NCBI RefSeq assembly: GCF_006345805.1
Contig: NW_021834340.1
Coordinates: 1-50,691 of the forward strand
Source of the DNA: Octopus sinensis
Taxonomy: Eukaryota
Direction: 5' to 3'
DNA: 50,691 bases
Below the pieces are notes generated by a model, which was given only the letters and a program-made list of their open reading frames with translations, did not search any database and was not told the origin of the DNA. Shown piece by piece: positions 11,831-24,729 of the stretch. Position 1 is the stretch's first letter. Each line of letters opens with the position of its first letter. Made by a program: the position numbers and the translations under genes.

Positions 11831-12290
11831 AGATTATAGGAAAAGATAGCGGGAAACACACCAGGAAAGAATGAAGGAATAAGAATATGAATGAAATCGA
11901 AACAAGGCCCCCAGGTTTAAAAACCTATGCGTTTTCTCATGCACATCACTCTAAAAGTTACATTTTTTCGCTCTTTCTTGCGATTTTTATACCTCTGTGG
12001 TTTCTTTCTTTCATTTTTTCCTCCTGAAAATGTCGGCAGGAAATTAGCTTCAATTAGTGTCGGAAAATAACAACTTGATTAACTTCATCGTTCGAACTGT
12101 GATAGCCATCTACGCAAGAGATGTTTTTTATCGATTGTTGATCTACACAGATAAAAACACTGATAGACTTTTATTCTTTCGCTTGCTCTCTCTCTCTCTC
12201 CTTTCCTCTCTCTCTCCTTTCCTCTCTCTCTCTCTAGCTCTACACATTCTCTGCACGCTGTCACTCTCGCTCCGCTTGCTATGCTATCCC

Positions 12291-12673
12291 TAATATATAT
12301 ATATATATATATATTATATATAAATATATTATATATATACGTATACATATATATATAAAATACATGCATATATACATATACAAACATATACATACATATA
12401 TATACATATATATGCACATATACATATATATATATATACATATATATACATACATATACATACATACACATACATACATATACATACATATACATACATA
12501 TACATACATATACATATATATACATATACATACATATACATATATATACATATATATACATATACATACATATATATATACATACATATACATACATATA
12601 CATATATATATATATATATACATATACATACATATATATATATATACATATACATACATATATATACATATAC

Positions 12674-12708
<35 letters not shown>

Positions 12709-14760
12709 CATATACATACATATATATATGCATATACATACATATATATATACATATACATACATATATACATATACATACATATATACATATACATACA
12801 TATATATATATACATACATATATATATATACATATACATACATATATATATACATACATACATATATATATACATATACATACATATATATATACATATA
12901 CATACATATATATATACATATACATACATATATATATACATATACATACATATATATATACACATACATACATATATATATACATACATATATATATACA
13001 CATACATACATATATATATATACATATACATACATATATATATATATACATATACATACATATATATATACATATACATATATATATACACATATATATA
13101 TACATATACATATATACATATACATACATATATATATACATATACATACACATATATATATACATATACATACACATATATATATACATATACATACACA
13201 TATATATATATACATATACATACACATATATATATACATATACATACACATATATATATACATATACATACATATATATATATATATACATACATATATA
13301 TATATATATACATATACATACATATATATATATATACATATACATACACATATATATATACATATACATACATATATATATATATATACATATACATACA
13401 TATATATACATATACATATACATACATATATACATATACATATATAAGATATACATACATACATATATAATCATCTACATCATATATAATATATATACAT
13501 ATACATACATATATATATATAACATATACATACATATATATATATATACATATACATACATATATATATATATATACATATACATACATATTATATATAC
13601 ATATACATACATATATATATATATATATACATATACATACATATATATATATATATACATATACTACATATATATATATATATCACATATACATAGATAT
13701 ATATTATATACACACATATACATACATATATATAATATACACATATACATACATATATATATATATACACATATACATACATATATATATATATACAACA
13801 TATACATACATATATATATATACACATATACATACATATATATATATACATATACATACATATATATATATACATATACATACATATATATATACATATA
13901 CATACATATATATATACATATACATACATATATATATATACATATACATACATATATATATATACATATACATACATATATATATATACATATACATACA
14001 TATATATATATATACATATACATACATATATATATATACATATACATACATATATATATATACATATACATACATATATATATATACATATACATACATA
14101 TATATATATACATATACATACATATATTATATACATATACATACATATATATATACATATACATACATATATATACATATACATACATATATATATATAT
14201 ACATATACATACATATATATATATACACATAATACATATATATATATATACATATACATACATATATATATATATACATATACATACATATATATATATA
14301 CATATACATACATATATATATACATATACATACATATATATATATACATATACATACATATATATATATACATATACATACATATATATATATATACATA
14401 TACATACATATATATATATATACATATACATACATATATATATATATACATATACATACATATATATATATATACATATACATACATATATATATATACA
14501 TATACATACATATATATATATACATATATACATTACATACATATATATATATACATATACATACATATATATATATACATATACATACATATATATATAT
14601 ATACATATACATACATATATATATATATACATATACATACATAAATATATATATACATATACATACATATATATATATACATATACATACATATACATAC
14701 ACATATATATATATGTACGTATACACACACACACTTATATACATACAAAATACATGAGCA
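12291..14760. repeat. ~2.5-kb TA/CA minisatellite, ~20-22-bp unit TATACATACATATATATATACA
   Basis: The recurring ACATATACATACATATATAT(AT)n unit is directly visible and yields the 200-460 aa artefact ORFs. Confidence 0.95.
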
Positions 14761-14967
14761 CACACACACATATATGTACATAGACTCATATGTTAACATA
14801 CGCACTCATACATAGTAACATGCAACACTAAATATGTGAGCGTTCGTATTTCTACACAAAACAACATGCCTAGACACGCGCACACACTGACACAAACACA
14901 AATATGCAACCACGCACGCATACACGAACAAAAACATATATGTATATGTATATATATATCGTCCGCG

Positions 14968-15121
14968 ACACATAGCGGTTCGGCAAAAGAGACCGATATA
15001 ATAAGTACTGGGTTTACAAAGAATAAGTCCCGGGGTCGATTTGCTCGACTAAAGGCGGTGCTCCAGCATGGCCGCAGTCAAATGACTGAAACAAGTAAAA
15101 GAGTAAAGAGTAAAGAGTAAA

Positions 15122-15123
<2 letters not shown>
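14968..15123 (+). mobile_element. SINE A 3' portion (5'-truncated)
   Basis: GCGGTTCGGCAAAAGAGACCGAT...GGCGGTGCTCCAGCATGGCCGCAGTCAAATGACTGAAACAAG(TAAAGAG)n. Confidence 0.9.
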
Positions 15124-15150
<27 letters not shown>

Positions 15151-15156
<6 letters not shown>

Positions 15157-15365
15157 TAATCCAAACATGAAAACACAAAGAGAAAGCACAACAACGCGAA
15201 GACGTGGAACAAATATAGTATTATTGGACGCTCAGGAAGGAAGGGAAGAAGGAGGGTTTTACGTGTCGAGCGGAGCTCTTCGTCAGAAACATAGGAAAAG
15301 GAAAGATCCAGAGAAGGGAAGACGGAAGAAAAAAAATCGCCAACGGTACACACGCGGTCCGCTAT
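15151..15365 (-). mobile_element. Family D copy 2 with hammerhead-like core (15256-15290)
   Basis: Minus strand reads GTTT CTGACGA A GAGC TCC GCTC GACA CGTA AAAC. The 3' end abuts (TA)n. Confidence 0.65.
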
Positions 15366-15682
15366 ATACGACTTTCGTTTTTCTGACTATAATACCATAA
15401 ATTTTACCCCTGATGATTCGTTGTGGTTATGTTTCCAATACGTTTCAATGTTCCAAACAACTGCAATTGTGGAACGTACGTAAGAACAAATGATATAAAT
15501 TTTATCCTAATTTCTCCTACATTTGCTTTGTGTATAATAACCGGTAATGCTACAAATTATAGTAATTGATGAAGCACTATACTGATGCGTACTCGATGAT
15601 AATAATTAACGTCGAGCTCTAAACGTAACAGTAAAAGTCGCATATCTATTTGGAAACATGAATTACTATGTATGTACGTACA

Positions 15683-15982
15683 GGCACTCCGTCGCTTACG
15701 ACGATGTGGGTTCCAGTTGATCCGAATAACGGAACAACTTCCTCGTGAGATAAACGTGCAAGTGACTGAGCACTCCACAGAGACCTGTACCCCTTTACAT
15801 ACTTATCAGGGAGATTCAGCGTGACACAGAGTGTGACAAGGCTGGTCACTTGAAATACCAATCCTACTAATTTTTACCAGTCGATTGGACCGTGAAATAA
15901 AGTACTTTTCTGACGGACAAAATGCACCACCGGGAATCGAACTCGCGACCCTACGATCCCTAATCACTAAGCCACGCGCTCT
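15683..15982 (-). mobile_element. SINE family C
   Basis: Minus-strand head GAGCGCGTGGCTTAGTG...GAGTTCGATTCCCGG (A and B boxes); 3' end ATCAACTGGAACCCACATCGTCGTAAGCGACGGAGTGCC. Confidence 0.85.
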
Positions 15983-16013
15983 CACATTTGTATGTACGTA
16001 TGTATTAACGTAC

Positions 16014-16042
<29 letters not shown>

Positions 16043-16048
<6 letters not shown>

Positions 16049-16228
16049 GAAATGCTTATCGGTATTTCGTCTATCTTTATGTTCTGAGTTTAAATTCCAT
16101 CGAGGTGGAGTTTGCCTTTCATCCTTTCGGGGTCGATACATTAAGTACGAATTGTGTACTGGAGTCGATGTAATCGAGAGACGCCCCTCCCCAAAATTTT
16201 CGGGCCTTGATCCAAGAGTAGAAAATAT
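16043..16228 (+). mobile_element. SINE family B (B2 tail), head truncated
   Basis: GTTCTGAGTTTAAATTCC..GCCTTTCATCCTTTCGGGGTCGATAC..GGCCTTGATCC..GTAGAAAA. Confidence 0.8.
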
Positions 16229-16404
16229 ATAAATACATATACACAGTTATCGCCAAGCTAACATAGCAGTCCAGAAAACCAGCATTCTTCCTATTTTCCT
16301 GGACTGCCATGTTAGGTTGGCGATAAGTATTAATACCCAGTACTGCTGCCGTAGTCTCCTTTAGAGAGGTTTAGAGATTATATATATATATATATATATA
16401 TATA

Positions 16405-16580
16405 TCGTTAGCCACTACACACATTTTTTTTCTCTCCTTGTTTTTTCTGTGTTCCTTTCTGTAGAAGAGCGTAGGCTCGAGACGTAAAAGACTTTTTCTA
16501 TTCCTGAGCGTTATACTAATACATCTGTTTGTTTTGTACACCACCTGTCTTCGTCTTTTGTTTGCTTTTTTTCGTAAACT
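16405..16580 (+). mobile_element. Family D copy 3 (variant) with degenerate hammerhead-like core (16455-16490)
   Basis: CTTT CTGTAGA A GAGC GTAG GCTC GAGA CGTA AAAG followed by TTCCTGAGCG. Flanked by TA runs. Confidence 0.55.
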
Positions 16581-17329
16581 ATATATGTGTGGTGTGTGTG
16601 TGTGTGTGGTGTGTGTGTGTGTGTGTGTGTGTGTGTGGTGTGTACGACGGGTTTCTTAAGTTACCACGCAATGGAACTGAACACGAAACCATGTGGCTTA
16701 TACCACACAACCACACCAGACCAAGCTATCACTTGTTTTTATACACTGCTGACCACAATGCACTCTTGGCATTGCAAGCACTACGAAAGGTATAAAGAAC
16801 GACCCATATATCGGAGAAACTTTTGGCCGTAAAACTCATGGACTTCTAATATCTATCCACCATACGTTTCGTATGCTGGATGTGGAATCATTGATTATAA
16901 AGATTCTTTGTATAACACGTTCAATAAACTCCTATTCTGTTCTATACATCAAATTAATCCGTTCAACCCAAACAGCTGGAAGCACACACCTGATTTCCAG
17001 GAAATCTGTAGAATCACTGGGTTACTGGTATCATGGAATGTATTGGAGCATATTAGAAAATTGCAACAACAGTCTAGCGGCTCTGATAATGTTAAATACG
17101 CTATGCATGTACATGTGTATATCTATGTAGCTATCCATAAATATATATGTATGTATGTATATATGATGTATCTCTCTCTCCTTCTCTTTACATATATATA
17201 TACTTAGCTTTTGTATCGGCCCAAAAAAATGTGTGTGTGTGTGTCCACGTGTGTGAGTCTATTCTTTTGCTTCTTTCAGTCATTTGACTGTGGCCATACT
17301 GGAGCACCGCTTTATATTACATTTCTGTG

Positions 17330-17853
17330 GCAGATGGTAGAGCTAGAGTTTGAAAAAGAAATGGTGAACGTCATGCAGATGGCTGTGTGGTGGAGAGATT
17401 CATCATGGTGTGGGGCGGGATTGCACTCAGCCAGAAGCTTGGACCAGTGGTCTTCCAAAATAGCGGCGAAGGCCGAGGCAATGGAGTGACTGCTGCTCGT
17501 TATCTCGACCAAGTGTTGAAGCACTGCATTGATCATACTTTGCCCGTCATCTGAATCACGTGATCCAACACGGCAACGCCCGTACACATACTGACAGGTT
17601 GACAACAGACTGTCTCCAACAGCACATTATCCAGACACTGCCATGACTTGTCCTAAGTCCGGACATGAATCTCAGAGAGAACCTGTAGGACGAAATCCAA
17701 AGAAGGCTACATGACATCCGTCAAAAGCCGATAACTGCGACACAACTTACTGCAAGTTTTAACAGGGTGTAGGCTGCTATCCCCATAGCCTTCATCAAAC
17801 GTTTGTTGCATTCAACGTGCAGAAGATACCTGGCTGTAATCATCGCTAACGGT
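17330..17853 (+). mobile_element. Tc1-family transposase remnant
   Basis: Hand translation: DGRARV*KRNGERHADGCVVER..IMVWGGI..IQHGNARTHT..LP*LVLSPDMNLRENL*DEIQRRL..RRYLAVIIANG. This matches Tc1 motifs DGRxRVWRR, VMVWGGI, QDNARPH, WPAxSPDLNPIE, AVIxANGG. Confidence 0.88.
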
Positions 17854-18109
17854 GTGATATTGAATTCATCTATTTGAATCCAAGGCACTTCGTCATCATA
17901 TGATACCATGTGACCCCCAAACATTTATCGGAAATGACGTTTTATCATTAGGAAAAAAAAATTTCTTAATTAGTACTCTTCAATCAATGCTATGGCAGTC
18001 TGTTGATAAACCGGTTTCTGTTTAGTATGTGTGAGACGTTTCTTTTATGGTTCAGTTTATGTGCACATATGTTAGTGTCTGTGCGTATATATATATACTC
18101 TCTCGCTCT

Positions 18110-18390
18110 CTAATTGATTTCAGCCAGAGGCTGGAGCCATGACGGTGCGCCGACTTTGTGTGATTTAAGGCCCCTTTTCTGAATTGTTTTTTGGTGAAGA
18201 AGCGAGTTGGACGGAGCTGCTCATTTTTATGCCTCCTGCCACGATGTGGGTTCATCTGGGATCTCAGATACAAGCTTCTCCCGTTGCTTTTTTTGAAGGT
18301 TTCCTCATCGACACTTCGCAATTCTCTGTGGTTGTTTTTCAGGATATTAAACAGTCGTGGTCCCCTGAAACCCAAGCCGTTCTAATGCAT
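18110..18390 (-). mobile_element. CR1/L2-clade LINE 3' end (ORF2 C-terminus plus tail)
   Basis: Minus-strand GLGFRGPRLFNILK..RELRSVDEETFKK, then a frameshift, then VSEIPDEPT..AAPSNSLLHQ. Typical CR1-type C-terminus (GPRLFN..F..IPDEP..NSL..Q). Tail CATGGCTCCAGCCTCTGGCTGAAA. Confidence 0.8.
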
Positions 18391-18394
18391 ATTT

Positions 18395-18398
18395 ACAC

Positions 18399-18441
<43 letters not shown>

Positions 18442-18520
18442 GTATATATACACATGTATGAACAAAATTCATTGCTGCTCACTCTCCTATATTTATATAT
18501 ATATATATATATATATATGG

Positions 18521-18551
<31 letters not shown>

Positions 18552-18666
18552 CATATATACATATATACATATATACATATATAATATATACATATTACAT
18601 ATATACATAATATATATATAATTATATACATTATATATATATACATATATACATATAACTATATAC

Positions 18667-18717
<51 letters not shown>

Positions 18718-18846
18718 CATATAATATATATACATATATATATATTACATATATAATATACATTATATATAATAATATATATATATAGATATATATATAT
18801 AACATATATTATATATACATACATATATATATATATACATATATAC

Positions 18847-18877
<31 letters not shown>

Positions 18878-18964
18878 CATATATATATATACATATATAT
18901 AGAACATACATATATATTATACATATACATATATACATATACATAATACATATAAATATATACA

Positions 18965-18996
<32 letters not shown>

Positions 18997-19878
18997 CATA
19001 TATATATACATATATATATATACATATATAGATATACATATATATATATACATATTATTATACATAAAATTATATATAATATATATTAACATATATAATA
19101 TACATATATATATACATATATATATATACATATATATATTACAATATATATTACATTTATATATACATATATATATATACATATATATATACATATATAT
19201 TATACATATATACATATATATATATACATATATATATATATACATATATTATATACATATATACCTATATACATATATATATATACTATATACATATACA
19301 TATATATATATACATATATACATATACATATATACATATATATTATATATATATATACATATATACATACTATATATATACATATATATATACATATATA
19401 CATATATATATTAACATATATATATATACATATATTATACTATATATATACATATATATATATACATATATAATATACATATATATATACATATATATAA
19501 ATACATATATTATATACATATATACATATATATATATACATATATATATATACATATATACATATACATATATACATATATATATACATACATATATATA
19601 TATACATATATATATATACATATATATATATATACATATTACACATATATATATATACATATACATATATATACATATATATATATACACATATATATAC
19701 ATATATATATATATACATATATATACATATATATATATAATACATATATAACATTATACATATATATACATATATATATATACATATATATATCTACATA
19801 TATACTATATATATATACATTATATATATATACAATATATATATATACATATATATATTATACATATATATATATAAC

Positions 19879-19909
<31 letters not shown>

Positions 19910-20168
19910 CTATATATATATACATATGTTTATATATATTCATATGTACATACGTATATATATATTCATACGCATATGGATCTACATATATATGTGTATA
20001 TTTATATGTATGTGTGTGAGTATACATATGTATGCATATATATACTTATGTAGATATATATATATATATAATATATACACGTATAAACTATGTATATATA
20101 TATTATACATGTTATAACATATGTATAAAAACACATATGTATGTATGTATGTATATAATATATATATA

Positions 20169-20199
<31 letters not shown>

Positions 20200-20222
20200 C
20201 ACATACATACATACATATATAC
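18395..20222. repeat. ~1.8-kb degenerate (TA)n/(TATACA)n array
   Basis: Directly visible. CA-bearing units switch to TG-bearing units near 19925. Confidence 0.95.
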
Positions 20223-20454
20223 ATGAGTGCGAATGTGCGTGTATTCACTGGAATACGTCAATATGGTGCCTATACATGTTGTAGCCTCTGTATTGAACAT
20301 TGGTCAGCTGTTCAGTGAAAAAGATCAGATTATTCGGTTCATATATACTCCCCACGGTAAGGCAGATAAACATCAATTTGTCGAACGAGAAGTATTGTAG
20401 CAAAAGCTGTTTATTGTATTACACTCACGAATCACTAAACAGGAGCCTTGTGTG

Positions 20455-20496
<42 letters not shown>

Positions 20497-20704
20497 TATA
20501 GGCATAACGGACGTATTCAGGAGCGAACACTAACTAGAAAATGCTGCTTGTTTCATAGAAGCAAAACACAGGCTCATACACATATTCCAAGATATCCGTA
20601 CCTCATGGTACCTTCTTCCCTCAATATGCATACACACACACAGACATTCACACACACACACACACACAGAGACATTCATACACACACATACACACACACA
20701 CAAC

Positions 20705-20972
20705 CGGCTCTCTCGGCAACCAAGACGAGCGTTCCAGCTGATCAGATCAATGGAACAAACCTGCTCGTGAAATTAACGAGACACACGTACTCTTCAGGTA
20801 GTTCTCGGGGAGATTCTGTTTGGCAAAGCTGGCACTTTGAATTACAAGTACTACTCATTCTTACCGGCTGAGTTTAATGAAGTTCAATTGTTCAATGAGA
20901 CAAAACGCCACCATTTTCGAACTCACAACTTTACGATCGTCAGCCGAATACCCTAAGCACTGACCCACGCAA
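20705..20972 (-). mobile_element. SINE family C, diverged
   Basis: GTTCCAGCTGATCAGATCAATGGAACAAACCTGCTCGTGAAATTAAC and head complement CGAACTCACAACTTTACGATCGTCAGCCGAATACCCTAAGCACT. Confidence 0.8.
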
Positions 20973-20999
20973 TTTCGTATCTTTTTCTTTTTTTCCCCC

Positions 21000-21378
21000 C
21001 TGTTTCAGTTATTTGACCGCGGCCATGCTGAATCAACGCCTTTAATCGAACAATTCGACCCCAGGATATATTCTTTGTAGAAGCCTAGTACTTATTTTAT
21101 CGATCACTTTTGCAGAACCGTTAATTTAAGGAAACGCAAACACACCAACATCGGTTGTTAAGCGACGATGAGGGGACACACACACACACACACACACACA
21201 TAAACACGCATAAACACGCATATATATATACGGCTGGCTTCTTTCAGTTTCCGTTTACCGAATCTACTCACAAGGCTTTGTTCATAGGAGACACTAACCC
21301 AAGGTGCCAAGCAGTAGGACTGAACCCGAAACCATGTAGTTAGGAAGCAAGCTTCTTACCACACAGCGATTCCTGAAC
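21000..21378 (-). mobile_element. SINE family A
   Basis: TTTCAGTTATTTGACCGCGGCCATGCTG tail complement to GCAAGCTTCTTACCACACAG head complement, with an internal deletion. Confidence 0.85.
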
Positions 21379-21687
21379 CTATATATATATATATATATAT
21401 ATATAATTATATATATATATATGTATGTATGTGTGTTTGCATAGTGTATATATATATACATAGATGCATATAATTCATGAACATGTATGTATATATAAAC
21501 ATATATTATGTGCACACACATTCACACACAAACACACATCCAAAGGCATTGATCATATTTTACGCGAGTAGCTCAGTCGGTTTGATCGTTTTCTTACTGG
21601 GATGTATAAATATTCTCCACTTGAGACAAGGAAATGTCGTAGATTCACTGCTTCAAACATTTCAGATTTCAGATGAGAGCTTCAAAG

Positions 21688-21740
<53 letters not shown>

Positions 21741-22169
21741 TATATAAACTTACAAATATGTATGTATAAATACAGATCTTAGTTACGTGCAGAGATAGCT
21801 GCGAATCCTGGCAACTAAACATACGGCACGATGAGACAAAATGGCGGTAGTCTTGTTGACTTTCTCAAACATCACTCATTATTACGATCTTCCAACTTAT
21901 ATTTTCATACATTTTACATCAGTTGTTTTTAGAACCAACGCCACTAATACGTGGTTCTGGCCAATGTTTTAACGGCCGGCAAACATTTTGATCTAGACAT
22001 GTAAGTTAACAATCTTTATAATACGATCTGATGATAGAAAATAACCAACAAAGCACGGACCGTCTGTTAAAGTACAGATGGATCAACATCGGCCACTAAT
22101 GATGCAAGTTGTCCATTCATTCATTCAATTAATTCTGCAGCCTTCCAAGCATTTTTTATCTCTCGCATT

Positions 22170-22183
22170 CTCTCATATATATA

Positions 22184-22232
<49 letters not shown>

Positions 22233-22920
22233 CATACATATACACACACACACATATATATATATATAACATCATACATATATACACACACACCATATAT
22301 ATATATATCTACATACATACATACCTATACACCACACACACACACACATATATATATATACCTACATACATATACACACACACATATATATACATACATA
22401 CATACATACATATACACCACACAACATATATATATTCATATACATACATACATTACATATACAACACACACACATATATATATATATACATACATACATA
22501 CATATACACACACATATATATATATATATACATACATACATACATATACACACACATATATATATATATATACATACATACATACATATACACACACATA
22601 TATATATATATATACATACATACATATACACACACAAACATATATATATATATATATATACATACATACATAATATACACACACCACACAACATATATAT
22701 ATTATACACATACATACTATAACACACATATATATATATATATATACATACATACATATACACACACACATATATATATACATACATACATACATACAAA
22801 CATATATATACATGTATACATGCATATATATATAGACACATATATAAATATATATATATATACATATATATTTCCAAGCAACATCTCTAGTGTACACATA
22901 TATACACACACACACATAAT
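22170..22920. repeat. TA/CA minisatellite (CATACATACATATACACACACATATATAT unit)
   Basis: Directly visible. Confidence 0.9.
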
Positions 22921-24028
22921 ATGCACTGGGTTAACAAATGCAAATACACGCATGCTCGTAAGTTTGTGTATCTTTCATTTCCATTTCCTCACCCTGCAAA
23001 GATATTTCTTCTTACCCTCCCTATGTTAGTTTTTATCTGTCTGTCTGTCTCTGTCTCTCTCCCTCTCTCATTATAAAAAGGGATTAAATTCTACACCTAG
23101 TTCCACCAGCAAACATAAAAATCAAAATGCTCTCACACATAGATACACGCGTGCGCACATATACACACGCGCACGAACACATATGTATATATACATACGC
23201 ACACACACACACACGGATACACGCACACACGCGCGCACGTGAGTGCATAAATACGTATGTTTCGGGAGACAATGACGACTGTCATTGTAAGACGACATTA
23301 AACACCGAATGTCTTGAACCAGCATCATTAGGCTCATTTTTTAAATATACATTTTATGTATATATTTATACTGCATTTGTATATATATATATGTGCATGC
23401 GTGCGAATGAGGTGGGACAATCGTTTGTGATGTGACTTGAGATTATCGCGTCTTTCGACTCTGTTAACATCAAACTGCCTCGATCTTATGACCGTCATAA
23501 GATCTCGAAATGCATCCCGGCAACAAGCATCTACTGATTAACCTTCATCACTAACCTTCATCACAGCCGGTGGTTTCCCCTGCAGTTTCGTTTTCTGTTT
23601 AAATTCCCTTTCACTTTGTTATTCCTGTAAAGTCCAGTAGCGTGTAGACTTTGCAGAGTGGACGTCCAGGAAATTCACTTCATAATGCTTTCTGATTCTG
23701 GCTTGGCACTTCTTCACAAGGATCTGGTAATTTGCCCATTTCTTCTTAAAGATCACTGATCTTTGGTTTTCTCAACACTAAGCTAATGATTATGTCTAGT
23801 CGAATCGACGTAGCTGCGACATGTTACGAAAACTTCAACTGATAGTCCCCAATGCTAATTCTCTGCTGTGATGTAGAGATACAACCCCATCGTTGTATCT
23901 GATTATAGATGGGTCTCTCATGCTGTGACAAAAGGTTATTGACTTCATTAGGGTTCTGTAGTAATAGCAGTGGCCCTACTCTCAGCAGCCGCCTTGGCCT
24001 CCTGCTTATAGTGCCAACGATAATATCT

Positions 24029-24290
24029 GGCACTCCGTCGGTTACGACGGTGAGGTTTCCAGTTCATCCGATCAGTGGTACAATCCGCACGTGAAACTAA
24101 CGTGCAAGTGATTGAACACTCCACAGACACGTGTACCCTGAACGTAGTTCTTAGGGACATTCAGCGTACCACAGAATGGGGCAAGACTGACCGATTTGAA
24201 TTACAGGTACATCGCATTTTTACCAGGTGAGTGGACTGGAGCAACGTGAAGTGACGTGTCTTGCTCAAGGACACAAAACGCTGTCGGGAA
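24029..24290 (-). mobile_element. SINE family C, head truncated
   Basis: GGCACTCCGTCGGTTACGACG..CAGACACGTGTACCCT..GTGTCTTGCTCAAGGACAC. Confidence 0.85.
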
Positions 24291-24297
24291 TAAATAC

Positions 24298-24455
24298 TGG
24301 TTTCAAATTTTGCTGCAAGGCCAGAAAGTTTGAGAGGTGGAAGGAAGTCGGTTACATTGACCCTAGTTATCAACTGGTACTTATTTTATTGACCCCGAAC
24401 GGATAAAAGGCAAAGTTAACCCGGCTTATTGACGATTCTACCAGATCGCCGCCTT
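24298..24455 (-). mobile_element. SINE B (B2), internally deleted
   Basis: GCAAGGCCAGAAAGTTT..CTGGTACTTATTTTATTGACCCCGAACGGATAAAAGGCAAAG..GATCGCCGCC. Confidence 0.7.
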
Positions 24456-24483
24456 ATGCTACAACGCCATTAATGTTAACTAC

Positions 24484-24716
24484 CTATTTCTTTACTACCC
24501 ACGAGGGGCTAAACGCAGAGAGGACAAACAAGGGCAGACAAACGGATTAAGTCGATTACATCGACCCCAGTGCGTAACTGGTACTTATTTAATCGACCCC
24601 GAAAGGATGAAAGGCAAAGTCGACCTCGGCGGAGTTTGAACTCAGAACGTAGCGGCAGACGAAAACTGCTAAGCATTTCGCCCGGCGTGCTACCGTTTCT
24701 GCCAACTCGCCACCTT
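24484..24716 (-). mobile_element. SINE B (B1), full length with TSD
   Basis: Full head-to-tail match. Flanks TAATGTTAACTAC (24471-24483) and TAATATTAACTAC (24718-24730). Confidence 0.9.
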
Positions 24717-24729
24717 ATAATATTAACTA

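Noticed and set aside
12085-14789. Long ORFs of 220-459 aa ([10 protein letters not shown]..., HIYIYTY...)
   Set aside because: They are translations of TA/CA repeats that lack stop codons, open in several frames and on both strands. The same applies to ORFs at 0.7-2.6, 18.4-20.3, 22.1-23, 38.8-39.3 and 40.5-41.8 kb.
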